Of a DNA stretch of 64,000 bases, positions 1 through 13,270 are shown one piece after another. The DNA lies in contig CM114271.1 in NCBI GenBank assembly GCA_050084515.1, forward strand, positions 10,478,001 through 10,542,000, in the 5' to 3' direction. The DNA comes from Blasia pusilla. Taxonomy: Eukaryota. Under the pieces are notes generated by a model, which saw only the letters and a program-made list of their open reading frames with translations, was not told where the DNA came from and searched no databases. The position numbers and the translations under genes were made by a program. The number at the start of each line of letters is the position of its first letter. The first letter of the stretch is position 1.

Positions 1-3000
1 TGGCATGCATCACAACTTTGAATAAAGTTACCTACATCTTTGAACATAGTTGGCCACCAGTAACGTGCGGCCAAGATTTTCTTAACGATAATTTTAACAA
101 CGTAGTGTCCACCAGAATCAACCGCATGCATGGCTTTGATGACGTGGGGGATTTCTTCTGCTTCCAAGCATCGCCGATACTCTTCATCCGCTCCTAATTT
201 GAATAGTATCCCCTGGCATATCTCATAGGGTCCTATCTTATGTAAAAAGACTGCTTGTTCCTCCGCTGTCATAGGGGCGGGAAGTCGTAGAGTAATTAAG
301 AAACGAAAAATATCTTCATAAAAGGATTGGCACAACCGGTCCTCCGTGATCTGGAACAGGTCTTCATCGGGAAAGGTGTCATCCACGGATTGTGTGAGGT
401 CCGCGTTCGTCATCCTCAACCGGGAAAGAAAATCTGCGTTGGTATGAACCTTGCCGGCACGGGTAATGACATCAAATGTGAATTCTTGGATTAACAGAAT
501 CCATCGCGCAATGCGACCTGACAGGTCCGCATTAACCATTAATGGTTGGAGCGCGAAATGATCTATATGGAAGACAAACTCATACCCTAATAAATAATGA
601 CGGAACTTTTTGCACGAGAAGACCATGCCTAACGCCTCTCGTTCGGTAGTTGTATATTTCTATTCAGCTGAAGATAGTTTCCGCCTGCATAGTAAACCGG
701 GAAACCATGTTTGTTCACATCCAGTTGGCTGAGCACCACTCCAATGGCAAAAGAGGATGTGTCCACATATACGTGGAAGGGTGTGGTCCAATCGGGGGAC
801 CGAAGTACAAGAGCCTTTTGCAATGCTTCCTTTTGGGCTTCAAATGCCGCTTGGCAGGGTGAGGTCCACTCCCATTCGGTAGTTTTTTTAAGTAACCCGG
901 TTAGGGCTCCTGCTTTCAGCGCATAATCCCTAATAAACCGTCAATAATATCCAACGTGTCCCAAGAACCTCTCAATTCACTGAAATTTGTGGGTGGTTCC
1001 AATGCGACTATAATATCCACTTTGGCCTTGTCGACTTCAATTCCTTGGGCCGACACTCTGTGCCCCAACAAAATCCCTTGTTTCATGGCAATATACGATT
1101 TTTCCGTATGGAGGGACAAATGCACTTCGCGACAACGAGTGAGGGTCAATTCTAATTTTTCCAAGTGTTCGGCTTCTGTACTGAAGATACAAAATTCGTC
1201 CAGGAAAATTTCAACAAACTTCCGCAGATACTCTTTGAAGATGGAGATCATCATCTATTGGAAGGTGGCCGGCGCATTGCACAACCCAAAGGGCATCACA
1301 CGATACGCGAAAGTTCCCCAGTCCGTGGTGAAAGTTGTGAGGTGCCGATCTTTTTCTCTTATGGATACCTGGTTATAACCCGAGTATCCATCCAAAAAGG
1401 TATAACGCTCGTGGCCGGCAAATTTGTCCAAAATGTTGTCAGTGAAAGGTAGGGGGTGATGGTCCTTTAAGGTGGCTGAATTCAATTTCCGATAATCCTG
1501 GCATACTCTGATATTTCCCGTTTGTTTTTTGGGTACAATTAAAATGGGCGATACCCACTTGCTACTTAACACAGGGTAAATTATTCATGCTTTGAGACGC
1601 TGGTCGATTTCGTCCTTGACTAACAATAAGTACTTCAGGTTGAGGCGATACTGCCTCATCCGTACCGGGACCGCACCTTCTTTTAGATCAATCTGGTGTT
1701 CACCATACCGTGCTGGAATGCATGTAATTTCATCCATGGAGTACGCAAACACATCCAAATACTCAAACAATAACTTTTTGTTCTTAATGAGTTTGGCTGG
1801 AGACAAATCCGCCGAGAGGCGTAGAGACTTCTGACATGTAATTAAGACCTGCATGTAGTCTTTTTCTTGAACCATATTTTCTGTGAGCTGGAATGTGCTA
1901 TGACCCAACTTCTCTTCCTCCCGGGTCGACCTCTGTTTGCTAGGTACCGACTCTTCATCTATTTCGTAGCATTCTAAATAGTACAAATTAGACGAGGACT
2001 CAGTAGCTGTAGTGCGCTCTTGATCTGACGTATAGCCTTCATCGGTCGGTGGCGTTTCTCCTTGGGGTGCTCATGATTTCCACGACATCTTGATGAGTCG
2101 TTTTGAGACCTGGTCCGGAGCCTGGAACGTGAACCGTCTCCTTTTCCAGTTCGTAGTCACTCTCGCACCGTAAAGCCATGGTCTTCCAATAAGAAAAGGA
2201 TAGCCAGTGGCCGTTAAGGGCTGCAACACTAAGTACTCCAACAGAAATAGCACGCCGCCGAGCATGGTGAGGATTTGAGTGAGCTGTCCAAGGAGTCACT
2301 TCCGGGATTGGTCCACGAACCGCAGATCATTATCCCAGTGCCCGGGCCGTCTGTTTCGTCATAATGTTAATTCCACTTCCCGAGTCAATGGGGACCTTCT
2401 TAATGGTGTATCCCTCAATCTCAACTTCGACCTCTGGGGCTCCCAACTCTTCCACTTTGATACGGAACAGATCCACTACCGGTAGACTCTTTGCGGACTT
2501 CTTGGGTTTTTTGCGGCTTATCTTCCACAGCTGCAGAATTTTACCGTACACAGGGTTATCCATTAATAATTTCAGCAGGGTTATATTTTCTGAGGTTGAC
2601 GCCAAGTCCTTGAGTAAGTCGTAGGCTTCCAAGACCAGAGGTGACATCACAATGGCTTGTACTGCTAGAGCTGTTCCGGTTCTCGAATTCTCTGTTGTCT
2701 GCCTCCCTTCTGGCCCTTGGTCCTGGCGAACTTGAGCCCGAACTTGGTCCTCGATATCTTGATGGAATTACTTAGGGTGACTTCGATCGAAGGCACGGTC
2801 AACATCGCCTTTTAGGATGGCCTTCCCCGCGCGGAAGGCGTCGACACTTTTTGTCTTGGGGTCTTTAGCTTCGCGCGAAGACAAAGCGTCCATCCAAGTC
2901 TTGGTTTTCCCTTCGGTCTAGGTTTTGGACCTCGTGGTGACCGCGAGAGCTCCGCTCAGGAGTTCCGATGGCCACTCCGAGGAGTCTTCAGTTGTCGTCC

Positions 3001-5111
3001 CATCGGCCTCCTCTTCCCTAATGGTAACTTGCCTTGCTTTAGGGGATCCCAACTCCTCCACTCTGACCAGCTGAACATTCACTTCATTTTTGGACTCTGT
3101 TGGTGCCGTTGGGGTAGTTACCGCGGAACCTTAGGCTCCGGGCACTCCACTATAGTGTGCCTGCCTTTCTTACAATTCCCGCACAACGGATTGAGTCCAG
3201 CAGGCCTCTTGGGGTTTGGGCAATTGTTGGCCCAATGGTCGGCCGTCCCGCAGTTATAACATCAGTTCCTTTTTATTGGCGGCGTGAAGGCCACCACACC
3301 CATAATTTATCTTAGGGGTCCCTGCTCCCCGTACTCCGGGGGTAAAGATCTTGGGATCCAATTTCATACTGAATTAGGGGTTGGCATGGCATGGATTGCA
3401 GAACATCCTTCCCATTGGTCGGCTTCATACCACCCTTCTTCCGCCATTGGTTCTTCCTAGATCCAACGTAAATCTCTCTGAGTATGACATTCCTAAGGAG
3501 TATGCCCTTGGGTTCCACAAGCACTACACCACACGTTGGGCCTCATTAGACCTGGTCATCTTCTGGGTTCCTTTTGGGCCGCCAGATGTACTTTTAATTC
3601 CGCCATTTTTTTGCTTAACTCTTCAATGGCAGACTTTCCCAACCTCTTCGATGTCCCTCGTACAAGGGCTGACAGACCTTCGAGGACCATGCTTGGGAGT
3701 GCGGTGGCGTGTATGTTGCTTTTGTTTGGATTTTTGGTCCTCTTTGGAGTCTGTGGACTCCGTCGTGCCATCCATGGAGGCTTCGATGTCTGTAGAGGAC
3801 GCTTCGTCCTCGGAAGAAGAACTAGTTTGCAAAGAACCTCGTCGTTGATGACGTCATCTTCGCATTTTTCGGGATTTCTCGGAGGCCTCGTATGCCTCTG
3901 CGGATGCTATGACTGCTTCAATGGAATCTCGTTGGCCTCGCCGGAAGTACCGGTCCATTTTTTTGGATAGTCTCGACACAAACCAATCTACCAATTGTGA
4001 GGTAGTATTGTGTTCAATTTTATTTACAAGGCTACAAAACCTTTGGGTGTGTTCCCTGAGAGTTTCCTTCTTTTTACGTTTCAGGTCGCGAAGCTTCGTC
4101 TGAAGCCTATCCTCGAACTCCAGGTCACGGATTTCATGAAGAAAGGCCTCCAGTACCCTTTTCCAGGTTTCTGTGACATCCGCTCCCAGACCCTCGTACC
4201 ATTGGCTTGCTCGCTTCTTAAGCAGGCCAGGAAAGACTCGCAACAAATCCTCCTATGAGCCTTTCCCATTAGCCTTAGCTACATGGGTAAATTCAAGCAC
4301 AAAGTTGTCAACATCATCTCGCCATCCCCCTGCAAACGTGGGGTATCTTAGCAGTGTCTTTCTAGTACTGGCCATTGGGAAATTTCTGCTGTTGGGTCCC
4401 GAGCTTGATGCTCGGGAGGGAGGAGGCAGCGGTTCCAATCTGGTTGATTTGGTCGGCTCCTCGTCTCCCGAGTCCCCAAAGGGATTCCAGGTTGACTCTT
4501 CATCCGACTGCGAACGGGCTGGAGACACGCTGAGGAGCGTATTCCTATTTCTCTTCTTGTTCTTGGGCTTCGTGCAAGGCCAAAGACTGGGAGACACCCT
4601 CGGAGGTCTCCAAGACGGGTGATCTTCTTGTTGCTTATTGCGTCCATCAGCTCGTTGATCTCGCGATGAGCGCCAGGAGACTTCCATGAGTCCCTTCTGG
4701 GATTCGGGAGCTTGCTTCCGCACCCACGATCGCCACAAGGTAGGGGTCCATGGAGGGAAATTGGATCTTCCTAATTCCTACATGAGTGTGCGGGTGCTCT
4801 TAATCTACCTGCCAGGTTTTCCTCCCATAAACAGAAGTACCGGGTCATCGCCAAGTACAACTGACCTTCATGGGCGAAGCACCGTTCGGCGACTGGTTCT
4901 TTGACAATGCTAATTAATTGTTCTATCTTTTCTAGCACCAATGCAGCAAACCGGTTCTTATCTTCTTTCATCCATTGTCTTAGGGGGATAGCTAGAGATA
5001 GCAGATGGTTTTCTGTAAGAACTAGATGGTTGGGTCTTCTAGGAGACGAGGCTTCTTTCCCCGCTCCTGGGTTCCCCATGTGTCTCTCTCCCTCTCCAGC
5101 AAAGCTTATGA

Positions 5112-5129
5112 TCCTCAGCAGCGGCGCCA
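5112..5129 (-). promoter_or_regulatory. Primer binding site, TGGCGCCGCTGCTGAGGA (tRNA-Asp type, Athila-like)
   Basis: Minus strand reads TTTTTTGGCGCCGCTGCTGAGGA just inside the LTR, resembling the Athila TGGCGCCGTTGCCGGGGA PBS. Confidence 0.75.
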
Positions 5130-5147
5130 AAAAAGTTTGTTTCTATA

Positions 5148-6359
5148 TGTAATGTATAAGAGTTTCAATTTTACAATTTTTTACTAAGTTCGATCCCCAA
5201 GAGGATCATTGTTTGATGAAAACAGAGTTCCAAATTACAATTCTGTTGTAATAGTTGTATTTAGGTGTGAATAATTTAGATTCAATGTCTTATCAATATC
5301 TTCGGATCTTTCTTAGTACCAAGGTTTCTTTTCTCAATTCTCTCTAGTGGAGTTGATAGCACGCTCAGGTAAATTTCCTCTCGACATCAAGAAACCTCAC
5401 AGAGATCTCAACAAGAAAGCTGGCTTCTCCTACTGTCGGAACTCAATCCGTCTCGGCAGGCTACTCTCTGTCAAACAGATTTCCTACAACTCCATTTTGA
5501 TTATTCCATTGATGAGAAAGGTTTGCTTGATTCACTCTTCACTCTGCAGACCCAAAAAGAATACTCAGACATAAGCATTGCACATCAAAATGAAGGAATG
5601 AGTGCTTTACTACTCCATCAAGAATGAGAAAGCTTCAAAGTGTTTTACAAGCTCGAGAGGGTACTACTCCCTTGCTTGGACCATTCCTGTAGCATAAGGA
5701 CTTCGTAAGTGAATGATGATGATAGCTACTTTCATGTTTCTTAAATATTCTTTGAAGTAGGAGTGTTCCAAAGATTCGAAGCGTTCTTGATGAAGCTAGT
5801 GTCTCTTCAACATTTGTAACTACCTAGATCTATAGTGCTCTTCTCTTTTCCTAAGATCCCTATGAATCCCTATGAATTTGCTTGAGGTTGAAGCTCTTTC
5901 TCCTGATCTGAAGACAAAGCGCTCCATTCTTTGTTCTTGTTCCAGGTTCTTCGTTCTTCATGCTTCGTTCAAGAGCGAAGTACTTCTTTCTCTTCTTCTT
6001 CATGCTTCATGCTTCGTTCAAGAGCGAAGTACTTCTTTCTCTTCTTCTTCATGCTTCATGCTTCGTTCAGGAGCGAAGCACTTCATAGACAAGTTCTTAA
6101 TAGAGCTTTGTTGTCCTTTCGAAGCTTCTTGCTGGGTCTTACTGGGTCTTTATTTTATTCTCCTCTCCTCTCAGGCAAATCCTTGATTTACTATCTCTCT
6201 GCCTTGTCCTTGGAGCTTCTTGATTCATTTCAATCTCACTCATTCTTCTCCATAATAATATATAATAATAACCATAACATCAAAATCATAGTGTATATAC
6301 AAGTCTTCTTTGAATAAAAAGATGTAATTCATCAAAAGTACAAAATTGTGGGTATCACA
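5148..6359 (-). repeat. 5' LTR of Athila-like copy A
   Basis: TGTGATACCC...CATTACA on the minus strand. Homologous over most of its length to the solo LTR at 13958-15097. Confidence 0.85.
5955..6085. repeat. Short tandem repeat (~3 copies of ~40-45 bp, CTTCATGCTTCGTTCAAGAGCGAAGTACTTCTTTCTCTT) inside the LTR
   Basis: Direct repeats visible in the sequence. Confidence 0.8.
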
Positions 6360-8570
6360 ATATGCCTTCCTAGATCAAGTATTGAGTCATTACGGTGCAC
6401 TAGCTAAGGAGTTGACAAACCAGGGTACGGAGTTTCGCGGGGAGTTTTAGGCCTTGTGTGATCAGACGATGATCGACCACCGCACCACGTCACGAGATCA
6501 TCCCGAGGCGGATAGACTAGCAGAGAGGGTTGTGCAGACGGCGAAGAGAGGATTACGCAAGTATGGCTTGCAGAGAGGTCTCTTGGGAGATTGGGACCTC
6601 CAATTGCCGTGGTTGGCGATGAGATACAGATTCAGCAAGCAGACATCCTTAGCGTCTTTCTCACTCTACTTGCTACTTTATGGCCGAGAGTTAGATTCAC
6701 ATGCGGCCATTCGTCAAGATATTGGTGAGGTGTTGAACTGTGATGACCCTGATGCATGGATGCGAGCATGTTCTCAGAGGGTTAAGTTATTTTGGAGAGT
6801 CATGCCCATGGCGTTTGAGAACTTGGCGATTGCGCAACATGGGGATACGTTGAGGTATGCGACTATTTGGGGGAGGTGGTTATCGACCTACTATCTGGAG
6901 GTTTCATCAGGGAGACTATGTCTACTTGTAGCAGACGGCACCCATGACGTTGGATGTGACTGTAGGGCGCACTATCTTGAGAGTGCGTGAGATTTTGCCA
7001 TCCGATGTTTTCTTATATGAGGGACGCGATGGTATGGTTTGGAAGGACCATATGTGTAACTGTGCGCCATCTTATCTTTCGAACATTGACGGTACAATTG
7101 ATTCGAGAGGAGCGGTAAGAGGAGAGAGGAAGATATTGGCAACCCCTAGGGCCCTCTTGGTTTGAAGAGAGTTTCCAACATGTTGGAGAGAGGAAAGTTT
7201 TGACAAGTTGAAAAGGCAATTTTTTTCCAAAAATATTTGGCGGTGAAATTTTTTAAAATTTTTTTTTACCTGTTCAACCCGTTTGAATCCGACGAATTGC
7301 AATTTTTTGGTTTTTTCCTTCTGGTCAAGGAAAAAATTTCTTTTTTTGGGTTTTTTTAACGTTTGCAGTCCTTTAGACTCCAAACGTTAAAAAAACCCAA
7401 AAAATGAAAATTTTTCCCTTAACCAAAAAATAAAATTAAAAAATCCAAAGAATTGCAACCCATCACATGGTTGCACAAAAACGGACAAGTTCGGACATGG
7501 GTTACAAGAGGTGGGATCCACATTTATAGTCCATGATGGAAGGCAAGGCAAGGATGAGTGGAGCAATGAGGGAGGAGGGAGTGGAGGTGGAGGGAGGAAG
7601 AAACGAGGGAGTATGGAACACGAAGGCAAGTAAGGGGAAGGAGAAAGAAGGGAAAGGTGGGGCCCATATGAAAAAGTCCTTCCATAGGACGGACATAAGT
7701 CCACGGACATGGACATGTCCACGGACACGGACTTTGTCCACATCCAACCTTGACCCATCGGATTCCAACGGGTTGCACTAAGTTTGCTCTCTTCAAAAAA
7801 AATTTCCAAAAAAATTACTCACTTATTATCCATAATCTTCAAATTTTTTGGAGAGGGTTTCGGTTTTTTTTTCCTTTTGTGCCTTTTTTTTTAAGAGAGA
7901 CTCTCCTCTCTCCCTCTCTCCTGCCAAAATACCAGCCCCCGTTGATATGAGCTTAGCAGTAGTTCATGTAGGCTTGCGATGTATGCTGTGTGGTTTTGCC
8001 CGTGGTGCAACCACGATGCTAGTCTATGATGGATTTTTGAGAGGGTGGCATATGGCATGTCTGACCCCACCTCTCACTAGGGTTCCTCATGAACGATGAA
8101 TGTGTCCCAGATGTACATAGAGTAGGTAGTTCTAGATTCCGACTTGTGTGTGTGACAGGGATGACAAGAAGGTGACTAATGATGGGGCCATATGAGCACC
8201 CGACCTTCTTGCTCTTAGCGTCCGAGAGATGTATGTCATGGTAGGTAGGGATAGATGGCTATCTGGAGTTAGAGGGACCTAACCACCAGCTAGGGGGGCG
8301 ATTGGAGATACTTTGGTACTTCTTGTCTCGTTGTTTGGATGCCATGAGTTAGCATGGGAATGTGGGTGTTCATGTGTATGTTCGGTGACAGCGATGTATC
8401 TTGTGTAGCGATGTGTATGAGCACAATAGTTGTCACATCTTTTTGTTTGGATCCGCAAGATCAAGTAGAGTGCCTTCGGAGATACTGGAGGACAGCCTCA
8501 GGAGGTCAAGGATGACCTGCTGAGGTCACGGGTAACATGAGAGAGCAGGTTTCCCCTTCTCGATAATACC
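6360..8570 (+). mobile_element. 3' fragment of the DNMT/PHD Gypsy family (integrase core and C-terminus, degenerate PHD finger, PPT, repeat A', start of repeat B')
   Basis: ORF 6454-6990 (HRTTSRDHPEADRLAERVVQTAKRGL) is homologous to 13435-13947. PHD remnant CMLCG...WHMACL at ~7975-8118. PPT TAGGGGGGCGAT at 8291-8302. 8303-8428 matches the reverse complement of 37001-37126. Confidence 0.85.
7105..7940. mobile_element. Non-autonomous (MITE-like) DNA element inserted in the integrase C-terminus
   Basis: Interrupts the host frame NIDGTID|..SLAVVH. Degenerate flanking duplication ATTGATTCG(AG)/GTTGATATG(AG). The right end (...CTGCCAAAATACCAGCCCCC) is the reverse complement of the terminus at 56778. 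It contains AACCCGTTTGAATCCGACGAATTGC, a variant of the palindrome in that element. The left boundary is uncertain by a few bp. Confidence 0.75.
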
Positions 8571-11500
8571 CTGGGAACTTAAGACGTTGATTGTCATAGA
8601 GTAGCACCAAATCCCCTTCTCGTACTGATTGTGGTCGCAGGTTCTTGTCATAGCGTCTCTTTCTTTGTGCTTGGACTATCTTCGTATGGCTAAGAGCAAG
8701 ATGTCTTTCCTCCTCCAAAGTTACCAAGTATTCGTTCCTCTTTTTGGTGATGGCCAAATCTTCATCGTTCCTTTCTTCTTCCAGAATCCGGTTAGTGGGC
8801 AAGTCCCATTCGATTGGAATCACGGGTTGAATCCCATACGTCAGAAAGAGTGGCTTGTACTTGGTAGTGACCTTCTCCATTGTTTGGTAGGCCCAAAGTG
8901 TTGCAGGGATCTTGGTATCCCAATCCTAAGAATAGGTGACAGCTAGGCGGTTTCAGATCCGGCAAATAAGCCCATTGGACTTTTCTGTCAACCCATTGGC
9001 TTTGGGGTTGTAAGGCTTAGTCTTCCTAGGCTTGATAAGGAAGTGTTCGATCAACACCTTGACCGTTTTGTTGAGGAAATGAGTTCCCCGGTCGCTTACC
9101 AACTTCAAAGGACAACCATATATGGTAATTATCATCTCATATAGAAACTTGGCCACTGCCTCAGTGTCATCTTTGCGAGTAGCCACTGCTTCCAACATTT
9201 TGGTACAATAATCTGTAGCAACTAAGATATATTTTCGGCGGGTGTGCCGAGTAGTTAGTGAAATAGGTCCCACAAAATCAATGCCCCATTTCTCAAAAGG
9301 GGCCAAAAGAAGGATAGGAACAAAAGGCCAACGAGAAGTCGTTGTTGGTCTTCCTGCTCTTTGACAAGCATCACACTTTTGGATGAAGATTCGGACATCC
9401 TGATACATTGTTGGCCACCATTTCGGCGAGGATCTTCTTAATAGTATTCTTGACTGCATAATGTCCTCTTGCATCCTCCAAATGCATAGCAATAATCACT
9501 CGAGGAACTCCCTCCCTCTCTTAACATCTTCGGTATTCTTTGTCCGCGTCAAGCTTGAATAGCACATCCTGGCAGAGCTCATAGGGCCCTACCTCATGTA
9601 GAAACACTGCACGTTCTTCTGCTCTCATGGGGGCTAGAAATTGGAGAGTGACGAAGAAGCGCATAATATCTCCATAAGCGGATCTTCGCAGAGTGTCCTT
9701 GTTGATTAGGAATAGATATTTGTCTGGGAAGTTGTCTGCGAGAGTCCTCGTGAGATCAGCCTTTGGCGTCCTTAAGCGTGATAACAAGAAGTCCACGTTG
9801 GTATGGATCTTCCCCACTCTTGTTACCACGTCAGATGTGAATTCTAGCAATAGTAGAATCCACTAAGCAATCCTCCCTAACAAATCTGCTTTCACCACTA
9901 AGGCTCAAAGTGGAAAATGGTTGACATGGAAAACAACCGGGTACCCCAACAAGTAATGTTGGAACTTCTTGCAGGAAAAGACCATCCCCAAGGCTTCTCT
10001 CTCCGTAGTAGTGTACTTTTGTTCCGCAGCTGAAAGTTGGCGACCTGCATAGTATATTGGGTAGTCCTTCTTCTTCCAATCATCCAAGTGGATTAGTAAT
10101 ACTCTGATCGCGAACGAAGAAGTGTCTCCATACACCTGGAACGTCTTCGCCCAATCAGGAGGACAAAGCACAAGAGTTTTCATTAAAGCCTACTTCAATT
10201 CCTCAAATGCTGCTCGGCAGGTGGGAGTCCATTCCCACTCCGTTGTCTTCTTCAACAAGGTAGTCAACAACTTTGCCTTTATGGCATAATCCTTAATGAA
10301 TCGGCGGTAGTACCCTACATGGCACAAGAATCCTCTTAGCTCAAGAAGACTCGTGGGGGCTTCCAACTCCGCAATTATCTCCACCTTAGCCTTATCCACT
10401 TCGATACCACGCGAGGATACTTGATGCTCCAACAGGATACCCTGCCTTATTGCAATGTAAGATTTCTCCCGGTGCAAAGACAATTGTACTTCTCTGTACC
10501 AAGCTAAGGTTAGCTTCATCTTTTGTAAATGCTCGGCTTCAAAACTGAAGCCACAAAAGTCCTCTAGAAAGATCTCTATGAATCTTCGTAAGTACTCTTG
10601 AAAGATAGAAATCATCACTCTTTGGAAGGTGACTGGTGCATTGCAAAGCCCAAAGGGCATAACTTGATAGGCAAAAGTGCCCCAATCCGTAGTGAAGGTA
10701 GTCAGGGCCCGATCCTTCTCTCTAATGGACACTTGATTGTAACTTGAATATCCGTCCAAAAATGTATAGCACTCATGACCGGCCACTTTATCTAAGATAG
10801 TATCAGTAAATGGCAGTGGGTGATGATCCTTCATGGTGGCTGCATTTAGCTCCCAGTAATCCTGACAAACCCTGATCTTTTCCGATTGCCTTTTCAATAC
10901 AATGACTATGGGGATACCCATTCACTATTCATCACAGGATATATGACTCGTGCTTCCAACCGCTGGTCAATCTCATCCTTAACCATTAAAGAATACTTGG
11001 GATTCAGCCTATACTCACGCATTTGTTTAAGATCAATCCTATGTTCTCCATACCTAGCTAACACTCCCTTCATCTCATCCATAGTATAGGCAAACACGTC
11101 AAGGTACTCTGCAAGTAAGGTCTTATATTGTGAAAGTTCAGAAGTAGACATATCTATTGATAGATGCAAAGCCTTGGTGTTGGTGATAAAGACTTCTTGG
11201 TAGTCTTTTTCATGCACCATCTTTTCAGTAAACTGATATGTTGTGAGTCCGGATGGCTCTTGGAGGGCCTACTCTGCTCTAAGTGTAAGAACTCTTCATC
11301 TATCTCATAACATTCTAGATATCAAACATAAGACGAGGATTGTGTGTCGGCCGTCGAGCCCTGATCCGAAGTGTATCCCTCATCCGTAGCGGGTGTCTCA
11401 CCTTGAGAAGGCCTAGACTTCCAAGAAAACTTCACCTTGCTTCTTGGGAGTATTGTATGGTGTCTGAAAGGTGAATCTTTGTCTTTTCCAATCCGTGTTG

Positions 11501-12370
11501 ACTTGAGCCCCATAGAGCCAAGGTCTTCTGATCAGTAGGGAGTAACGTGTGACAGTCAACGGCTGGAGGACAAGGTAGTCCAATAAGAATAGCACTCTTC
11601 CTATCATGGTGGGGATCTGGGTAAGTTGCCCCAATGGTCGCTTTCGAGACTGGTCTGCAAAGCGTAAGTACGTATCAGTGGGCTCATACTTAGTGTAACC
11701 CAAAGCCTGAGCAGTTTGCTCTGTCATTATGTTGATGCCGCTTATGGAATCAATAGAGACCTTCTTAATGGTATGCCCTTCAATTCCACTTCCACCTCGG
11801 GGGCTCCAAGGTCTTCAACCTCTATGCGGAACAAATCCACCACTGGGAGCTTCTTTGTTCCTATCTTCTTCTTGCGTCCCACTTTCCACTGTTGCAGAAT
11901 CTTCCCATAAATAGGGTTATCCATGAGTAGCTGTAATAGTGATATGTTTGCCGGACTCGCTACCAAATCCTTCAGCAAGTCATATGCCTCCATCACTAGA
12001 GGGGAAGCAACCGAGGTCTCCACCCTTGGTTCTTCTTGCTAAATTGAGAACTCTTTAGGTAAGGCTCCACTTGTTCGCTCTTCATGGACTTGGTTGTGGA
12101 TCTGCTCCTCCACCTAATGATGGAAATACTTTGGATGATTACGATCAAAATCTGGGTCCACATTGCCTTTAAAAATCGCCTTCCCTCCTCGAAACATCTC
12201 GGATGCCTTATTTGTAGCTAATTTACTTCGTGAAGACGAAGACTCTTTGGCCTTTGCGCTTGCGGTCTTCTTAGTCTTTGACCGAAGACTTTATTGAGGA
12301 TATCTTCGGGCCAATCTGAGGACTCTTCATCGATCTTCCTCGCAGATCCCTCTTCCTCAATGGTCACCTT
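8570..12370 (-). mobile_element. Athila-like Ty3/Gypsy copy B (end of gag, PR-RT-RH-INT), decayed and truncated at both ends
   Basis: ORFs 11742-12023 and 11413-11727 (PR), 10190-10921 (RT), 9905-10183 (RH), 8953-9492 (INT: WGIDFVGP, VSDRGTHF). Closely similar to copy A. Confidence 0.9.
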
Positions 12371-12474
12371 TGTCGTGCAAATCCACATCGCCATACAACA
12401 TACATCGCTGACATACCATACTCACATACCTACATGACATAGATGAGAGCATCCACAAACACAAGTGTACCACA
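12371..12474 (-). repeat. Repeat A, outer copy (104 bp, TG...CA)
   Basis: Near-identical to 12847-12950. TGTGGTACAC...GCACGACA on the minus strand. Confidence 0.9.
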
Positions 12475-12476
12475 AT

Positions 12477-12844
12477 TGAAATCCGTGAAAGACCTACTGT
12501 CATAAAACACGTATAGAATCATATATAATCGAGCCAAACCCACTCCACGATGGGAAAATCCAGGTCAAAGCTTGCGGGAACCACCATAGCCAAGAGCTCT
12601 ACTCACTACCAAGGCTAATTCCCAACGCAACAGGCTCAACTCAAAGAACTAACTGTTCTTTGAGTGCACTCCACACTATATCCTCCAACCTAAGAGCGGG
12701 CCCTACTGGAAAAGTCACCCTCAACTGAGTAACCCCCAACCCTATGTATGAAACCGCATCTCTACTTAGACACTACAGTCCTACATAAGGTATGGCCTCT
12801 ACTAGCACACTATACTCTACGACATAATCTGTATGGTCATGACA
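12477..12844 (-). repeat. Repeat B, 3' copy (368 bp, TG...CA)
   Basis: About 20 mismatches by eye to 22994-23361. TGTCATGACC...GATTTCA on the minus strand. Confidence 0.92.
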
Positions 12845-12846
12845 AC

Positions 12847-12950
12847 TGTCGTGCGAATCCAAATCGTCATACAACATACATCGCTGACATACCATACTCA
12901 CATACCTACATAACATAGACGAGAGCATCCACAAACACAAGTGTACCACA
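12847..12950 (-). repeat. Repeat A, inner copy, immediately after the PPT
   Basis: Preceded on the minus strand by the purine tract TTAGGGGGGCGAGT (12951-12964). Confidence 0.9.
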
Positions 12951-13125
12951 ACTCGCCCCCCTAACTGGAGGTTAGGTCCCTCTAGGTCCCAAGTAGCCCT
13001 ATACATCTACTACATGCTACACACCTTCGTGGGTGTACGAATCAGAAGGCTGGGTGCTAGGTTGCCCCATTGTTAGTCGCACATCTGTAATCCATATCAT
13101 GCAAAGATCAAGTCATCTACCTCTC

Positions 13126-13270
13126 CTAAGTACATCGAGGACAAACCCACCTTCCAGTAGGAACAACATCCATACGTGGAGTCAAACACATCATGTGCCA
13201 ACCCCTAGAACACCGATCACACACCAACATACGGGCTGCGTTACCAGGAGACCCACACAACATGCACATC
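13126..13270 (-). CDS. PHD finger at the integrase C-terminus (part of the decayed pol)
   Basis: CMLCGSPGNAARMLVCDRCSRGWHMMCLTPRMDVVPTGRWVCPRC is a complete C4HC3 PHD pattern. Confidence 0.92.

Larger units (their letters stand above)
1..6359 (-). mobile_element. Athila-like Ty3/Gypsy retrotransposon, copy A (5' LTR, PBS, gag, PR-RT-RH, start of INT; runs off the window's left edge), decayed
   Basis: Minus-strand ORF fragments: gag with CCHC knuckles (~3150-4380), protease VPIDSGSGINIM (2330-2650), RT FTTDWGTFAYRVMPFGLCNAP and IFLDEFC (916-1572), RNase H FHVYVDTSSFAIG (629-823). Multiple stops and frameshifts. LTR and tRNA-Asp-type PBS lie upstream. Confidence 0.9.

Noticed and set aside
12371-12380. 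Terminal GCACGACA shared by repeat A and the chromovirus LTR
   Set aside because: Only 8-9 bp and includes the common TGTC/GACA end; no further similarity.
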